From: Penicillus capitatus
Taxonomy: Eukaryota > Plantae > Chlorophyta
Direction of reading: 5' to 3'
Length of the DNA: 64,000 nucleotides
Assembly (NCBI GenBank): GCA_965649825.1
Contig: OZ287712.1
Location: forward strand, 124,001 to 188,000
The notes under the pieces were generated by a model that was not told where the DNA came from, ran no database searches, and saw only the letters and a program-made list of their open reading frames with translations. Both the position numbers and the translations under genes were made by a program. This document shows positions 49,170 to 61,101 of this stretch, piece by piece (within the stretch, counting starts at the first letter, position 1; each line of letters opens with the position of its first letter).

Positions 49170-49680
49170 CAAAGAGATCGTTCCCGGTCAATCGACGATC
49201 GTATCGTTGCCGAAGATATATCGTGTGCATCACATCAAGCCATCGACGAAGATCTATGGGGTGATTGACAAACCAATTGCGCACAGCAAAAGTCCACTTT
49301 ATTACAATAGATGTTTCGAAGCGACAAGTTGTGCCGATCTACTTGCCTCAAGAACGTTTCTTCGAAAGAGATCTTTAATGCCGATCCTGAATTCGCTGGG
49401 TACAATGTGACCGTTCCACATAAAGTGAAGTCTTCTTCAAGTTTTGGATGCAGAATGAAGGCATCTTAAGAAAGAATCGGCGTTCGAAGCAGCGCATAAG
49501 CTGGATGAAGTGGCTGCCTGAACAGGAGCTTGTAATACGCGCATCCGACAGGATGATGGAGCATTCAGTGGTCGTACGCACTCTTGATTTTTTGTATTCC
49601 AACAATGATGGATGGCTGTAGTATGGAATACGGACTGCTTGGGAGCGATGCATATTATAGAAGATGGTTTGAAAGAAATG
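49170..49680 (+). pseudogene. Decayed internal fragment of bifunctional dehydroquinate dehydratase/shikimate dehydrogenase
   Basis: Motifs VPGQSTI, TKIYGVIDKPIAHSKSP, AGYNVTVPHK, GACNT (after an in-frame TGA) and WNTDCLGA..IEDGL, with frameshifts and both termini missing. Confidence 0.8.
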
Positions 49681-49939
49681 GATGGCACAAAACATGACTG
49701 TCGGGAATCGTGTAAGACATTTAAGAAAGCCGGAATTGAGACACGCGCAGACGACGTTCATAGAACATACTCGGATCGAACACACAAAATACAAGATGAT
49801 CTATTACAGAGGAATGTTGTGTTCGGATACCCAGGCTGCTTAGGTGTTGTTCAACCTCCAGTTCTAATAGCTAGGAACTTCGAACCACGTTCAGTAGCCA
49901 TCGCCCGATGGTTATTCGACCGTTAGTTAGATAAGAGGT

Positions 49940-50106
49940 TGTCAGAATGACTAGAGCAGTCACATCGTGACTGCCTAGATTTCCGAGGGTTCTGTCTCCG
50001 AGGGGGCACTTACTAAGGGTTTACGTCACCTCAGGATCCTTACAAATACGGGAACGTGGCCCTGTAGATACTTTGCTCTGTAACACAGTGAAGATTTCCC
50101 CTGACA
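49940..50106 (-). mobile_element. 167-bp solo LTR
   Basis: TGTCAG...CTGACA termini with an exact 5-bp TSD GAGGT (49935-49939 and 50107-50111). Confidence 0.9.
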
Positions 50107-50570
50107 GAGGTTGACACGCGTCGTGACAAATGGTCAGAACGACGGAGTGTTTACTCGAGAACCTAACCGTTCTCGATAACTGCGTATGACGGTTTAGCAG
50201 CTAGGTATCCAACAAGGACTTTGGGTGGCAAGACAAACGTCGTTGTCGAAGCAGAAGCGTCGAGGGATACTGCCACAAACACACGGAATTACAGAGAGTA
50301 GAGTGCATAACAAGAGACTGTTTATATAAGTAGACGTTAATGGAACCCGGCAGGGAACAGCCGTCCGAATAGTGCGACAGCGCGAAGCTAACAGGTGTCC
50401 CTTGACAAGGAGATGTGCCCATTTAAGGTATAATAGGACAAGACGACGTTTGTTCGCGTTTGTCTGTCTAATTTCTCAGAGACGAATGAGATGCGCTTAC
50501 TTACTTACAATTTAAATGTACACGAGAGGCGTACGTTTTAAAATGCAGAATGGAGACGGGAGACAAGATC

Positions 50571-50758
50571 TGTCAAAGGAAGGCTTCACTGATTACAGAC
50601 CTAAGGTCTCTACAGGTTCACACTCACAATTTTATACCCCAAAGATGACTGTACAGGGGAACCCTGAAATGACGTAAACCCCTTATGAGCGCCCGATGGG
50701 AGACAGAACCCTTGGACTACAAGGCAGTCACACTGTGACAGCCTCGGTCCTTCTGACA
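50571..50758 (+). mobile_element. 188-bp solo LTR of the same family, opposite orientation
   Basis: TGTCA...TGACA termini with an exact TSD AGATC (50566-50570 and 50759-50763). Shares blocks tgacgtaaacc, gagacagaaccc and ggcagtcac..tgtgac with the reverse complement of 49940-50106. Confidence 0.9.
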
Positions 50759-50894
50759 AGATCGACATTTCATTCCCGGATTTAGCAACGTATTCGTTCG
50801 TCCCAACGCTGCGACACTGCTGCCGCATCTGAAGTATCCAGAAGAACAAAATGCATCATATAAGACGACGTTCTAGTTTATCATTTCTCTCTTT

Positions 50895-51110
50895 TTCTTG
50901 TAGAGAGGTGAAGAATCTCTCACCGAGAACCACCGAGAAGGATCTTAGAGAGCTCTTTGCAACAATCGGCCCGATGAAAGCCGTCAATATTGCCTTTGAA
51001 GTCGAGTAAGCTAGATTGGAGAATCTGCAATGCGCCACACACGCCACACATGACGGAGACGAAAGAACGCTACAAATGGCTGATCATCGATGGAATACAG
51101 GTGAGGGCAC
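50895..51110 (+). pseudogene. RRM-domain relic
   Basis: VKNLSPRTTEKDLRELFATIGPMKAV is RNP2-like, followed by a stop and a shifted IIDGIQVRA. Confidence 0.4.
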
Positions 51111-51740
51111 CGGTAGAGGAACCGAGCGATGCTGCTTCTAATGTAGGCGAACATGGAGATGTAGTCACCATCCAGCCACTTGAACCTGATGTCATCGCCA
51201 CAATTGATCCAGAAGGTCAAAATCTTTTGGTAGTAGCAGCACGAGTAGTGTGGGTGGCAATGGCGTCACCTATAGCGCTGCAGGTTGCTCGCTTTTTCAC
51301 AGCAGTACTATGGGCAACTGTGAACTAATGTTATAATGTAGAGAATCGTCCGTCTGTATATAGCTGACGTTGCATTGTAACCCTGTACAGTTGCGTCAAA
51401 ATGATTATCTTGTGGTTGCAGCTCGCGGTGACTATACTTGTCGGCTCCGCCTACGGCAGCGGCATGTGTTCAGATCGGATGGACATCGAAAAACAGTTAT
51501 CCTTAAGAGACAAGGTTTCAAGTTGTCTGTCTGGGATTTGTCCTTTCATCGCCATCAGAAAAACCAGATCCCTGTAATTCTGCCTTGAAGACGACACCTT
51601 AGAAGTTCTTCACCCCGGAAATGACGCGCCCTGTCTTTCGCGCGATGCTGCTAGAAGGAAGCTCCGGACCTCATGGCTTCGGTCCTGTGTACAGTTGCGT
51701 CTTTTCGCCCCAACAGCACCACATATCTGAAAGAGTGTCC

Positions 51741-53038
51741 TTACAAATACCCCAATCTCCCTCGATGTAGTAGCTCTGCAGCTGGTGTGTAGGCGCCACA
51801 AACAACGGAGAACATGACTGAGATCACTACTGAACCGGGACACGGCAGGAAGACTTACTGAAACAACACCACATGGCATCGAGGCGTTTGATACATGACT
51901 CTTTCTGGATGGATTCGTGGATGGCGGCGAATGCATCTCTCTTCTTTTCCATGACGAAGGCGTGTTTGGCAATGACGACTCGAAGGAAGAGGATGCGTCG
52001 CCATTCACTGTCGCATCGAACGGTGAGAGCCGGTGAGTTTCCTAAGAGTATAACGCTTACGGCAAGAGTGATGATCGATGCGGCGACGGACTGGAAGGTC
52101 GTCGCTGTGCCAAACGTGTCGAGGCGTTTTGAAAACGATCATCGGTATCTGCAAAACGATGGATATGCGTTCGCTCGAACAATACGTCAGAGAACACGAA
52201 TATCCAGACGGCGTCCACGATCAAAGGAAAGCGTCCGTTTGAAAGAAGCATCTGCCCAAGAGTTACTGCAACAACGGTGGACGCAGCGCGACGCCGATTG
52301 AACAGAGCGAGGCAACTGAGAGCCGACTGCGCGGAATTCAGCCTCGATTTCATGGAAGACTTCCAACCGTACGATTTCAAGAACCTCTTGATATCGATAT
52401 CCCGTACATCATCACCTGTCGTCCGACATAGGAAGGTTAAGGCCCACTTGATAAGCGAGTGTCGAGGTCTTGGATTAGGGGCGGAGACAACCTCACAAAA
52501 CACTACGTTAAGAGAAGAGCGCGTGTGAATTCGAAGCCTTTCCCGAACGACATTCGGATGATGTCCGAGCAACGCCAGTCCTTAAATCCACTCCTTTCTA
52601 AACTCACTCACTCAACAAGCTCATGACACACAGCTGCTAAAACAGAACGTGGACTCAGCATTGCGAGACATCGTTCTCCGCTTCGACCTTATCCGTCGCC
52701 TCGTGCGCGAAACCGTCGTTCCCAGCCGTTTTTCCTGAAGGATGCAAATCTATCTTGGCGGTATCGAGCCCGATGGTTGCCACGTCGAGCGATGTCTCGT
52801 CTGTCATTGGCACAACCTTTGTTCTCCTGAACTTCTTGACGAGACACGGCGCCGAGTCTTCCGGCGTATTCTGCGCCTCTCTCTTCTTTGGCCCCTCCTT
52901 GGACGAGTATTTCTGATGAACGGCACTGCGTTTTTGGATCTTTCTGAATCGGCCTCGGTTTTCGATCCCATTCAAATGGCTTGCGTTTCGTTTGGCGAGG
53001 ACGATCTTGCGACGACTGCCGCCTCTCCATGCCAACAT
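51741..53038 (-). CDS. Hypothetical multi-exon protein
   Basis: Consecutive open frames joined by GTAAG..AG introns, e.g. SSLLP/EWRRILFLRVVIAKH. No motif was recognised. Confidence 0.45.
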
Positions 53039-53389
53039 CGAGAGAAGCAGGAGACGAAACGGAATGTAATGATAATTAGTAACAGGAACGAAATTTGCTG
53101 GCGGTTACAGGAATAACGAATGTACTGGGGTTACACCACGAAATTCATTCACGTGGTCGCTTTTGATGCGACGCAAAAATCGGAAAGGCAAGAGGTTTAT
53201 GTCAGTGCCTCCCTTTTCGATCCCTGAACCAGTTATTGTCGCGAATTATTGCAGACGACTTCTTCCAAATGTGCTCGATCTGAGTCTTGCGCAATGATTT
53301 TCTGTTTCTCATGGGCTTGGATGATCATCCACTGTGAACAAACAAACAGTCGGTCAGTCCAGTCGAACAGTCAGACAGACAGAATGATA

Positions 53390-54259
53390 TCAGGCGGACA
53401 AAAACTCTGGATATAGCATCACTCTCTCTATCCAGTCCAGATAGAGTTGAACGTCGGTATGCACACCGAATCCTTCCTGATCGCACGGCGCTGTTGCATA
53501 CGACATGATGCCCATAAGAGTATCATCAAATCTAAGTACTGTTTCTCTCAGAATCAAAGGTCCGCCAGTATCTCCTTCACAGATAGTACCACATTTGCAG
53601 CCAACTCCTTGTGTACAGATTTGTGTTTCGTCCAGTGGTGGAGTGACGCCATATGCCTCGTTACAAGTAGTGATGTCAAAGTTTGTGACGTTTGCGAGGT
53701 GCAGGGCAGCAGCGAAAGGTTGATCAGGAGCTGTCCTGCCAAACCCCAAAACAATATACTGTTCTCCAGGCGCCGTCTGTCTTCCGATATTCGGAACAGG
53801 CCTCATGCATGTTCCACCGCTAAATTTCACAATAGCTATATCATCTCCGTCAACAGGATTCCCAGTAAAGTTTTCATGAGGAAAAACAGCGACAACGGGC
53901 CGTCGCTCAATCGGCATTTCACGTTCTATACCACCAAGATAGACTTCGGAGAGTGCGATAGGCTCAAGGGCCTCTGTTAGGACGCACGAGGCTGCGGTCA
54001 AGACAACATCGTCTTTAATCAACACCGCACCGCAGCGATAGACTCCGTCTGCGTCTCGCAGAGATGCCGTATACGGAAAAGGTCCTTGGAAATCACACGA
54101 GTACTCAATCAGGGGGTAATCGATGGATGGAGCTGATGCTTCGGCTTCGACAAGCCTTCGGTAGTGCATTTGGGCCGCGGCCTCACGAAATCCATGAAAG
54201 CTCAAGGCAATAATACAAACCGCTGCCCAGGTTGGTGCCCTCCAGCAACATGGCTTCAT
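53390..54259 (-). CDS. Secreted trypsin-fold (S1A) serine protease homolog, predicted catalytically inactive
   Basis: Signal peptide, CGAVLI, LTAASCV (His to Ser), DDIAIVK (Asp kept) and CEGDTGGPL (Ser to Thr). Confidence 0.9.
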   Translation of the reverse strand: MKPCCWRAPTWAAVCIIALSFHGFREAAAQMHYRRLVEAEASAPSIDYPLIEYSCDFQGPFPYTASLRDADGVYRCGAVLIKDDVVLTAASCVLTEALEPIALSEVYLGGIEREMPIERRPVVAVFPHENFTGNPVDGDDIAIVKFSGGTCMRPVPNIGRQTAPGEQYIVLGFGRTAPDQPFAAALHLANVTNFDITTCNEAYGVTPPLDETQICTQGVGCKCGTICEGDTGGPLILRETVLRFDDTLMGIMSYATAPCDQEGFGVHTDVQLYLDWIERVMLYPEFLSA

Positions 54260-54532
54260 GTTCGCGTTCCTTTGCTTAACTACAAAAAACAGTGCGACTT
54301 GTGGAGAGAGAAACACGCGTTCGGCGCGGCGTTGAATTCGTTGTGAAGTCAGAAATGATTTGACGAAAAAGACGGTTGTTTGGCTGTCCAGTCGATGACA
54401 ACGGATCGATCATTTCGCTTCTTATGGTGGGTGCGATGCAAACGTTAACCGAAAATATAACAGACGCAAAAAAGGATTCGCTTAAAAAGACGGTTGAACG
54501 AAGCACGCTCTGCCGGGTAACAACTCTGGAAT

Positions 54533-57357
54533 CTAATCGCTTAGAATGAGGTCAGAGTACATCGCCAGTGCCCAGATCGGAAAAATGTACCTAAGCAAAG
54601 AAAAGAACATGAGAAGGGCTTGAAGGTATGCGTCGTTGTTCGTTGCCTGTAATTCGTGTAGCTGATCATGCAGCTTCGATTGAAGACTCCGCTGATCTGC
54701 TGTTGTGGCCAGTCACCTTCAGCCCTCTGGGTCTCCAGGAGATATCTGGCTGCACGATGCAGTTGTTCCGAATTGACCTCGTGGTACTTTGCCATCATCA
54801 GGCCGAGCATTGCCCATGCCGTATTGACCACGTGCGAGGCGCCGTCCAGCTCACTGTAGACCTGGATATACATCTCACGCCGCTCCTGGCGAGATGCGCG
54901 AGAAGGAGAAGAATACTTTGTTCTGACAAGAGAGATAGCTTTCTCCCCATCCGCCATCGCTTCTCTGGTGCTCTAGCAGGAAGGAACAGGCACGCCGCAC
55001 CGGTTCCGAGTTGTCATAGCTCTCATTCATTATTGCCAAGGCGCCGAGGCCAAACCACGTGGCATAGGTAAAGCACACACCCCAGCAGCCATACCACGAT
55101 CCGTCCTTCTCTTGCTGGTGGATAATGAAGTCTCGCGCTAGACACACTCGGCTCCAGAGGACGACACCGAGAGATGTGACAGCACCTTTCTGCAAGGTTG
55201 ACTGGATCTCGGCGGTACGATGACTGGGAAATGCCTTGACGAATGCTCCGAGAGCCTGCATACATGCAGAGGTGCATTCCGTGTACGAGTAGTCGACGAT
55301 AATATCTCCAAATGTCTCCGAAGGGTTGAATATCTGTAACGAGCAGATCTCGTTTAAAAAAGAGCTTTTGGGAGAAAGCGTCAGTCGACTTCGATAAAGG
55401 AGTATGATCTCTTCAATTCGTATGTTGCCATGCCGCCATCTTCGTTTTGATAAGATAGAATAACGTTAACTGCTTTGAACAGCCAGTCGTCTGAGATGGC
55501 CGGACCCACATCCTCCTCTGGTAACTGACGTAGCAGGAGGGCAGCTTTCAGGGCTTCGGAGGTGCAGTCCGAAATGGGCCAGCCGTGATCTTGCGTAGAA
55601 AATGGCCAGGCCCCGAGGGAAATGTGGCGGTAGAAGGCGGAGAGAGGGGGCGTTGCTTCTTGGCGAACTTGTGTACGATGAATGTAGTCGTGCCCCTTGC
55701 GCAGGCACTCTTTGAACTTCTGCGTCCGCTTCGTGGCGATGATGGCTTGCAAGGCAAAGGCAGTGTCCCAGAGCTGGCTTCCGTTGTATCCTTGCATCTT
55801 CATTCCGTCTTCTGCCACCCACAAGTAGTCTGCAACCCGCGGCAGATGCCTAGAAACCCGAGCTGTTGGACAGGAACGCTTAGTCCCTTTCTCTCACTTC
55901 TTGAACGCGTCAGAATCCGGATCCTCCAGCCAGCACGCTAACATGTTGACGGCCTTGTTGACTGGACCGATGTCGATGTACCTCGTGTTCTCATCCTATT
56001 CCCGCGCCCTGCTGTTTCATGCAAAAGAGTGAGAAACAGTTTCTTGCCTCATAGTGAATGTGCTTCATCGCTTCGTTGACTGCCCAACCGCGAAGGAACG
56101 ATCCCTTCAAGAACGGCTCCATCTTGTACAGTGCCCACCAGACAACGTCCTGTATCGCCGGATGGGGGTAGTAGGAGTCCGCGTCCAGGACCTTGTTGCG
56201 GCAGCTATTCCAGTCGATACCCTCAAACGGTTCCACGTACAGCTCCTGCCTGCACAAATCTATTTCCGTCCATACATATCGAGGCAAGGCGAGGCGGAGT
56301 GCCCGACCTGAGGTCCTGCACCAGTGGCGTCGGATCGACTTCCAGCTTGTGTCGGACGCCGTAAACGTAGCTCATTGGCAGATAGACCTACAGGAACCGT
56401 AGGTATCGCATGTCTTGTGTGGTAGAATGAATGCATGGGAGATGGACCATTCGGCAGTGGCACCAAAACCGTCCTGGATGCAGGATTCCGAGGAGTGAGA
56501 GCTTCGAGTAGGGTAGGAGCCACATCTCGGGCGGCAAGGGATTGATCCCCTCCCACTTGTATGCCCCCAAAGCGGCCAGCCAGAACTTAGCCCATGATGT
56601 CGCGTAAACGACGCCGCCGCCCTTTTGGATCTAGATCGTCACTCTTTCAATGCAGATACGTATTGTGTCTTCCTACACTACCCATGTTCTGGCCATCGAC
56701 ACCTCTCTGTCGTCAGCATCCAGACCCATCAGTCGCATCGTAACGTAACTGTGCCCCGTGCGATGGCAAAGCGCCTTGGAGAAGTGTAATAAGGGAGGGT
56801 CTGTCTCACTTGAGCGAAGTTCCAAACATGCACGAGGGGCCTTCGATGTGAAGTCCGAATCCGCCGTCTTCGTTCTGGCGGTTCTTGAGATAGCGAATGA
56901 TTTCTTTCTTCGCCTCCGGCGGAAAAAGAAGATCCGATGTTTTTGTTATGTAGGCGGCGATCACGAGTCCGGGAAGAAGGAACATAGGTCCGCCGTAGTC
57001 GCCCGGCCAATGACCGTCTTTCTCCTGAAGGCATTGGTAGTATTGAACCCCTGCCTTTATGTGTTTCTCCATGCGCGGCTTGGCGACCGCGGCATTTTCG
57101 GGAAGCGGTTCGGAGGGGACGACGATCTCGGCTTGGCCAATGCGCTCTCGTGCCTGGAATTTTATGAAGGCGTCGTCGGAGTCGCGTTTTTCGTGGCGAC
57201 TGGCCGCGAATGCTCTGCGGAGTCTGTCGACCTCTGCGTGCTCGGCAGGTGTTCCGGCTGAGGGATCGAACTCCCAGTACTGGCGGCCGACGAAGTCGTT
57301 TGTCGTTTCGAGAAAGGGATTCCCGTGAGAACTGCCCTGTGAAACAAATTGCCACAT
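54533..57357 (-). CDS. CAS1: Cycloartenol synthase (oxidosqualene cyclase), multi-exon
   Basis: Motifs [67 protein letters not shown] and YIFPIWAL. Ile in GWPISDC favours a cycloartenol rather than a lanosterol product. Confidence 0.95.
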
Positions 57358-57382
57358 GAGACGCAAATGCGAAGGAAAGGAT

Positions 57383-58480
57383 TGACGCCTTCCGTTCTAA
57401 AACCTCCACTCAGCGGTACTGCACAACTCGGTCGCCCTGGCGATTCGATTTCTGTCGCCGCAGACAAGGAGCTGTTCGAGTCCATTCCGCTGGTCGGGCG
57501 TCGTTGCACACAGTACAGGATTGGCCAAAAGGTTCCGAAGATCGCAAGGCAGACGGAGGTGAATCAGCTCTCGGCAAAGTACCTCTGTCTGCTGCTTCAG
57601 AGGAGAAACTCGAAGGAAAGGCGGACTGGATCCAGACAAACAGACACCCACACGGCGCTCCTTGAATGCGGGTGAGTGATGCAGGAGATCGAAAAGAACG
57701 AGGCGCTGAGGATTGCGGCGGTGGAAGCAGCGAGCCGTCACGAAGCCAGCATCTACGCCAAGACCTAACGAAACAGTAGTCGCATCGAATCGAACGTCGC
57801 TTGTGGTTGTTCTTACGAGATGTGATGGTGTGGCAGAACTACGTGAGGACCATACGGGCTGAACAGGCCTCCCCTGGATTTGTGGATGACTGCTTTTGGC
57901 TGGATCGGGCGGTCAATCGAATGGAATCGGCCAATTCCGGTCTCGACATCGCGATCACTCACGCCTCGAACAGCAGAGACCAATCGGTGCCATCGGAAGC
58001 CGACAAGGGTCTCTCTCCTCGTCCCCGGCATCGTTTTGTCAATGAATGTGTCTGTAGGTGTGGAGATGCGATATCGAAAAGCAGCACGATCATCGACAAA
58101 CATCACACGCAGACACAAGATACCATGAAACAACATCTCGGACGCGGCTCGTCTGTGGATTCCAGAGAAAGAGCTGCCGATTCTGACACGAAATCCTCTG
58201 CGCGGAGTGCTGCAGCGCTGGGAGAACTGACCTCCTCCAATGATTTCTGTGGCAGGCATTCTTGTCCGCTGCAGACATCCACAAGAAACCTGCCAGTTTC
58301 CGACGCCTGCAGAGAGTTGGCAATGGTATTCGGAAAGTCTGCTTCTGTGAAGTGAACGAACTGCATCCGTCTGCCATTCGCAAGTGCCCGCTGCAACCAA
58401 GAACAGGTCAGACACACGATTGTGGAAGAAACTTCGACGTACGTGGAAGTGTCGACTCAGTGCATTGAATGGTGAGTATC
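57383..58480 (+). pseudogene. Partial, frameshifted paralog of the coiled-coil gene at 3.7-6.3 kb
   Basis: 57383-58080 aligns closely to the reverse complement of about 5345-6050. A 2-nt loss creates a TAA after IYAKT, and the coiled-coil middle is missing. Confidence 0.85.
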
Positions 58481-58599
58481 CCTTGAGCAGCACACAACGT
58501 CAAACGGTTTGCAGACTCCATCTACATGGGAGTTCGAGTAGGGAGATTATGGCCTTGGTTGCAGTCGTCGTCGGAATGACTGTCTGTGTGAGTCTCGTG

Positions 58600-59130
58600 T
58601 CGAAGTTTGCCTGCCTGTACACGAAGACAGAGTAGAGTCTTTTCCACTTCGACCAGCGTTCTTCGAACAGCGGCATTGCCGGTCACACGTCCCTGAGTAC
58701 GTCGCAACCGTAGGGCAGATGCAGGATCTGAGGATACAAGAGAGCATCGTTTTTCGGAGTTTTCTGCTGGGAGACGCAGCAACAACAGAGAAGACAGAGT
58801 CGCCTTCTGCTATTCGTTTCGTAGAGGCAATATGCTCTACCGGATGCGCACTGCCTAGAAGGTGTGGTTGTTTGGCGGCATCCGTTTAGCGTCCTCTTAT
58901 TCTGGAGATCGACTCTCCTGGTCATTTCTTGGCTTAATGAGGATTTGATCGTGTGTCCGTCAATCGCTCTTCCGTTGCTTTTGGCGAATTCGGCAGTCAG
59001 AATTCTTCGTTCGCAAAGGCCAGGCGGCACACGGTTGGCTCATAAGCAGGAGTGCGTGACCTCTCCGACAGTACCATCAATCTTTGCGACAGAATCGGTG
59101 AGCGCTCTCCACAAGAGCTCCAGCGCGGTG
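58600..59130 (-). pseudogene. Possible RRM/SR-protein relic
   Basis: Broken frames GLAFANEEF* and NGRAIDGHTIK with an S/R-rich tail. Weak evidence. Confidence 0.3.
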
Positions 59131-59537
59131 TGACAATAAAGACGGAGTTGGAGCGTCATGCGACGCCGACGGTTGTCGGCATCCCGCCCCATCTGTTGCT
59201 GCATGAGCCACACCTGATATTCACTGAACGCCCAACCACGAGACCTTCATTCTCGCTCCGTGAGATGCGACGCGTCACGTGAGGTTTCCGAGTGGTTTTA
59301 TATCCTCTTCAGAATTAAGGGCATTCATTCATTGGCGGCGACGAAAGAGAGGTGTCGAATCGGAACCACCAATTCATAAAGGCCATTAATGCGAACAAAC
59401 AAAAACGTCGCCAAAAACGAACACAGCCAGCTCCTCTGTACCTGGAAGGTCGGTATGGTACAGGCGCCGGAAGCGGACGAAAAGACGGCTTCGAATGAAT
59501 GCCGTTGGATCTTTCTGTGAGACTTCCGTTAGAGCTC

Positions 59538-61053
59538 TTAGTGTCCACCATGTTCCTTCTGCTCGTGCATTTTTATCCATCTCGAGGCGATGAAGGAATC
59601 GATCACTGTCTGCGACAAGTGGACCAAGACACAGGGCACACAGGCTATGCCGATAGCTTCAGGTCCGAGGTATGCGGAGAGCTGTGTCAGAGCGGCAATC
59701 GCAATGGTCACGGACTTCTGACTGCTCATCAGAACGATGGCTCTCCTCAGGGCCACGACTGCCGCACATAGAGAAGGCACGAGTCGAAGAGGCGATGCTA
59801 ACGGAAGCTCCTACCGTCCTCTGTCTTGGCACCACCACCGAGACGGAGTGTGCTTGTCAGCAGATGGTTTCCGCCGAAGAAGATCAGATGCGTGACGATG
59901 CCGACGCTTACGGTTACGGCCAGCTGCAGAGGGTCCACTCTCACGCCACTCATGGATGCTCTGCTGACTTGCATCCAAGGAATCAACATCAGACACAGGC
60001 TTCCCAGTCTGGGAATGATCTTCCTTCTCTGTCGCACCCAGTTCTCTCCGCCTGTATCGAAGAGATGCGACAGGTAAGGGGACGGACGTCGACGAACCTT
60101 TGATCGAGGTCTTCAAAGTGTATGCAGCCAGCGTGGGTGCCAAGACCGTCAGCATCAAGTTCTTCAGCAGAACTAGAGGCGACAGGACGACGGCCCCGCT
60201 CGTCATCTTCCCCATCACCCACGAAATCGTCAAGGGCATTGTGAAGACGGAGACGAAATTGCTCGCAAGCGTCAGTAGCAGTGCCATAGCGACATTCGCC
60301 CGAGCTGCCTGCAGAAGACACTCGTTGTCGACACGAGATCAACAGGGTGGACGGAAACTTGCTTGAATGAGCGTCACGCCGGTCGAGAGCGTTGTAGGTG
60401 TCAGCATGAAGACCGCCAGTCCGAGTGCCAGTTCCGCCGGCTTCACCGGCAGGAGCATCATGACCGGCGCAGCGAGAGGCGTCAGCAGCAGAATCGATGA
60501 CATTCCGTACAGAATGCCACCCCTCGAATCAAGGGCCTTCGCTGCTTCTCTCTTCTCCAGCATCAACCCTCGAAGCAGCCGACTTTCCGGGAACGGAGAG
60601 ATCGAGAACCGATTCCGATCTACCTGATGAAACGAAGACGCCGAACGTGCAGTACTTCATGAAGTTTGCGTCGGCCAAGAAGCATCCGGGCTGCGGGAGA
60701 AGGTATCCAAAAGCCATCAGGGAGAGTAATGACAGCGGCAGGTATTGGGAGGCAACGACATCGCCGATTCTCCGGAAGAAGGTAGTGGGCACGACAGCTT
60801 CCGCGTGAGATTGTGGTTGTTCGGGACCAGCGCCGGAACTAGCACAACACACCACTCACTCTATCTCGTCCGCACCACGACACTTCGCTCCTCGCCTCTG
60901 ACAGCGAAACCAGACGTTCTGAAGAAATCTCTTGCCGCAGGAGCGAGGACGTCGTCCCTTCGAAGCCTGCGTATCCTGGTCTGAAAGGCACAGGAGGCGG
61001 GGGTTTGAGAGCGGCGTCCTCGACAGGGCCGACGACAGGTGTGTCGATCGCAT
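59538..61053 (-). CDS. Plastid bile-acid:sodium symporter family transporter (BASS4-like), multi-exon
   Basis: Motifs FVSSG, PTTLSTGVTL, ALLLTLASNFVSVFT, SQKSVTIAIA and PCVLVHLSQTVIDS. Confidence 0.9.
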
Positions 61054-61101
61054 CTCTCTTAACTAGTCCATCGACGCAACGACGTGCTTTATTATCTCGA
61101 G

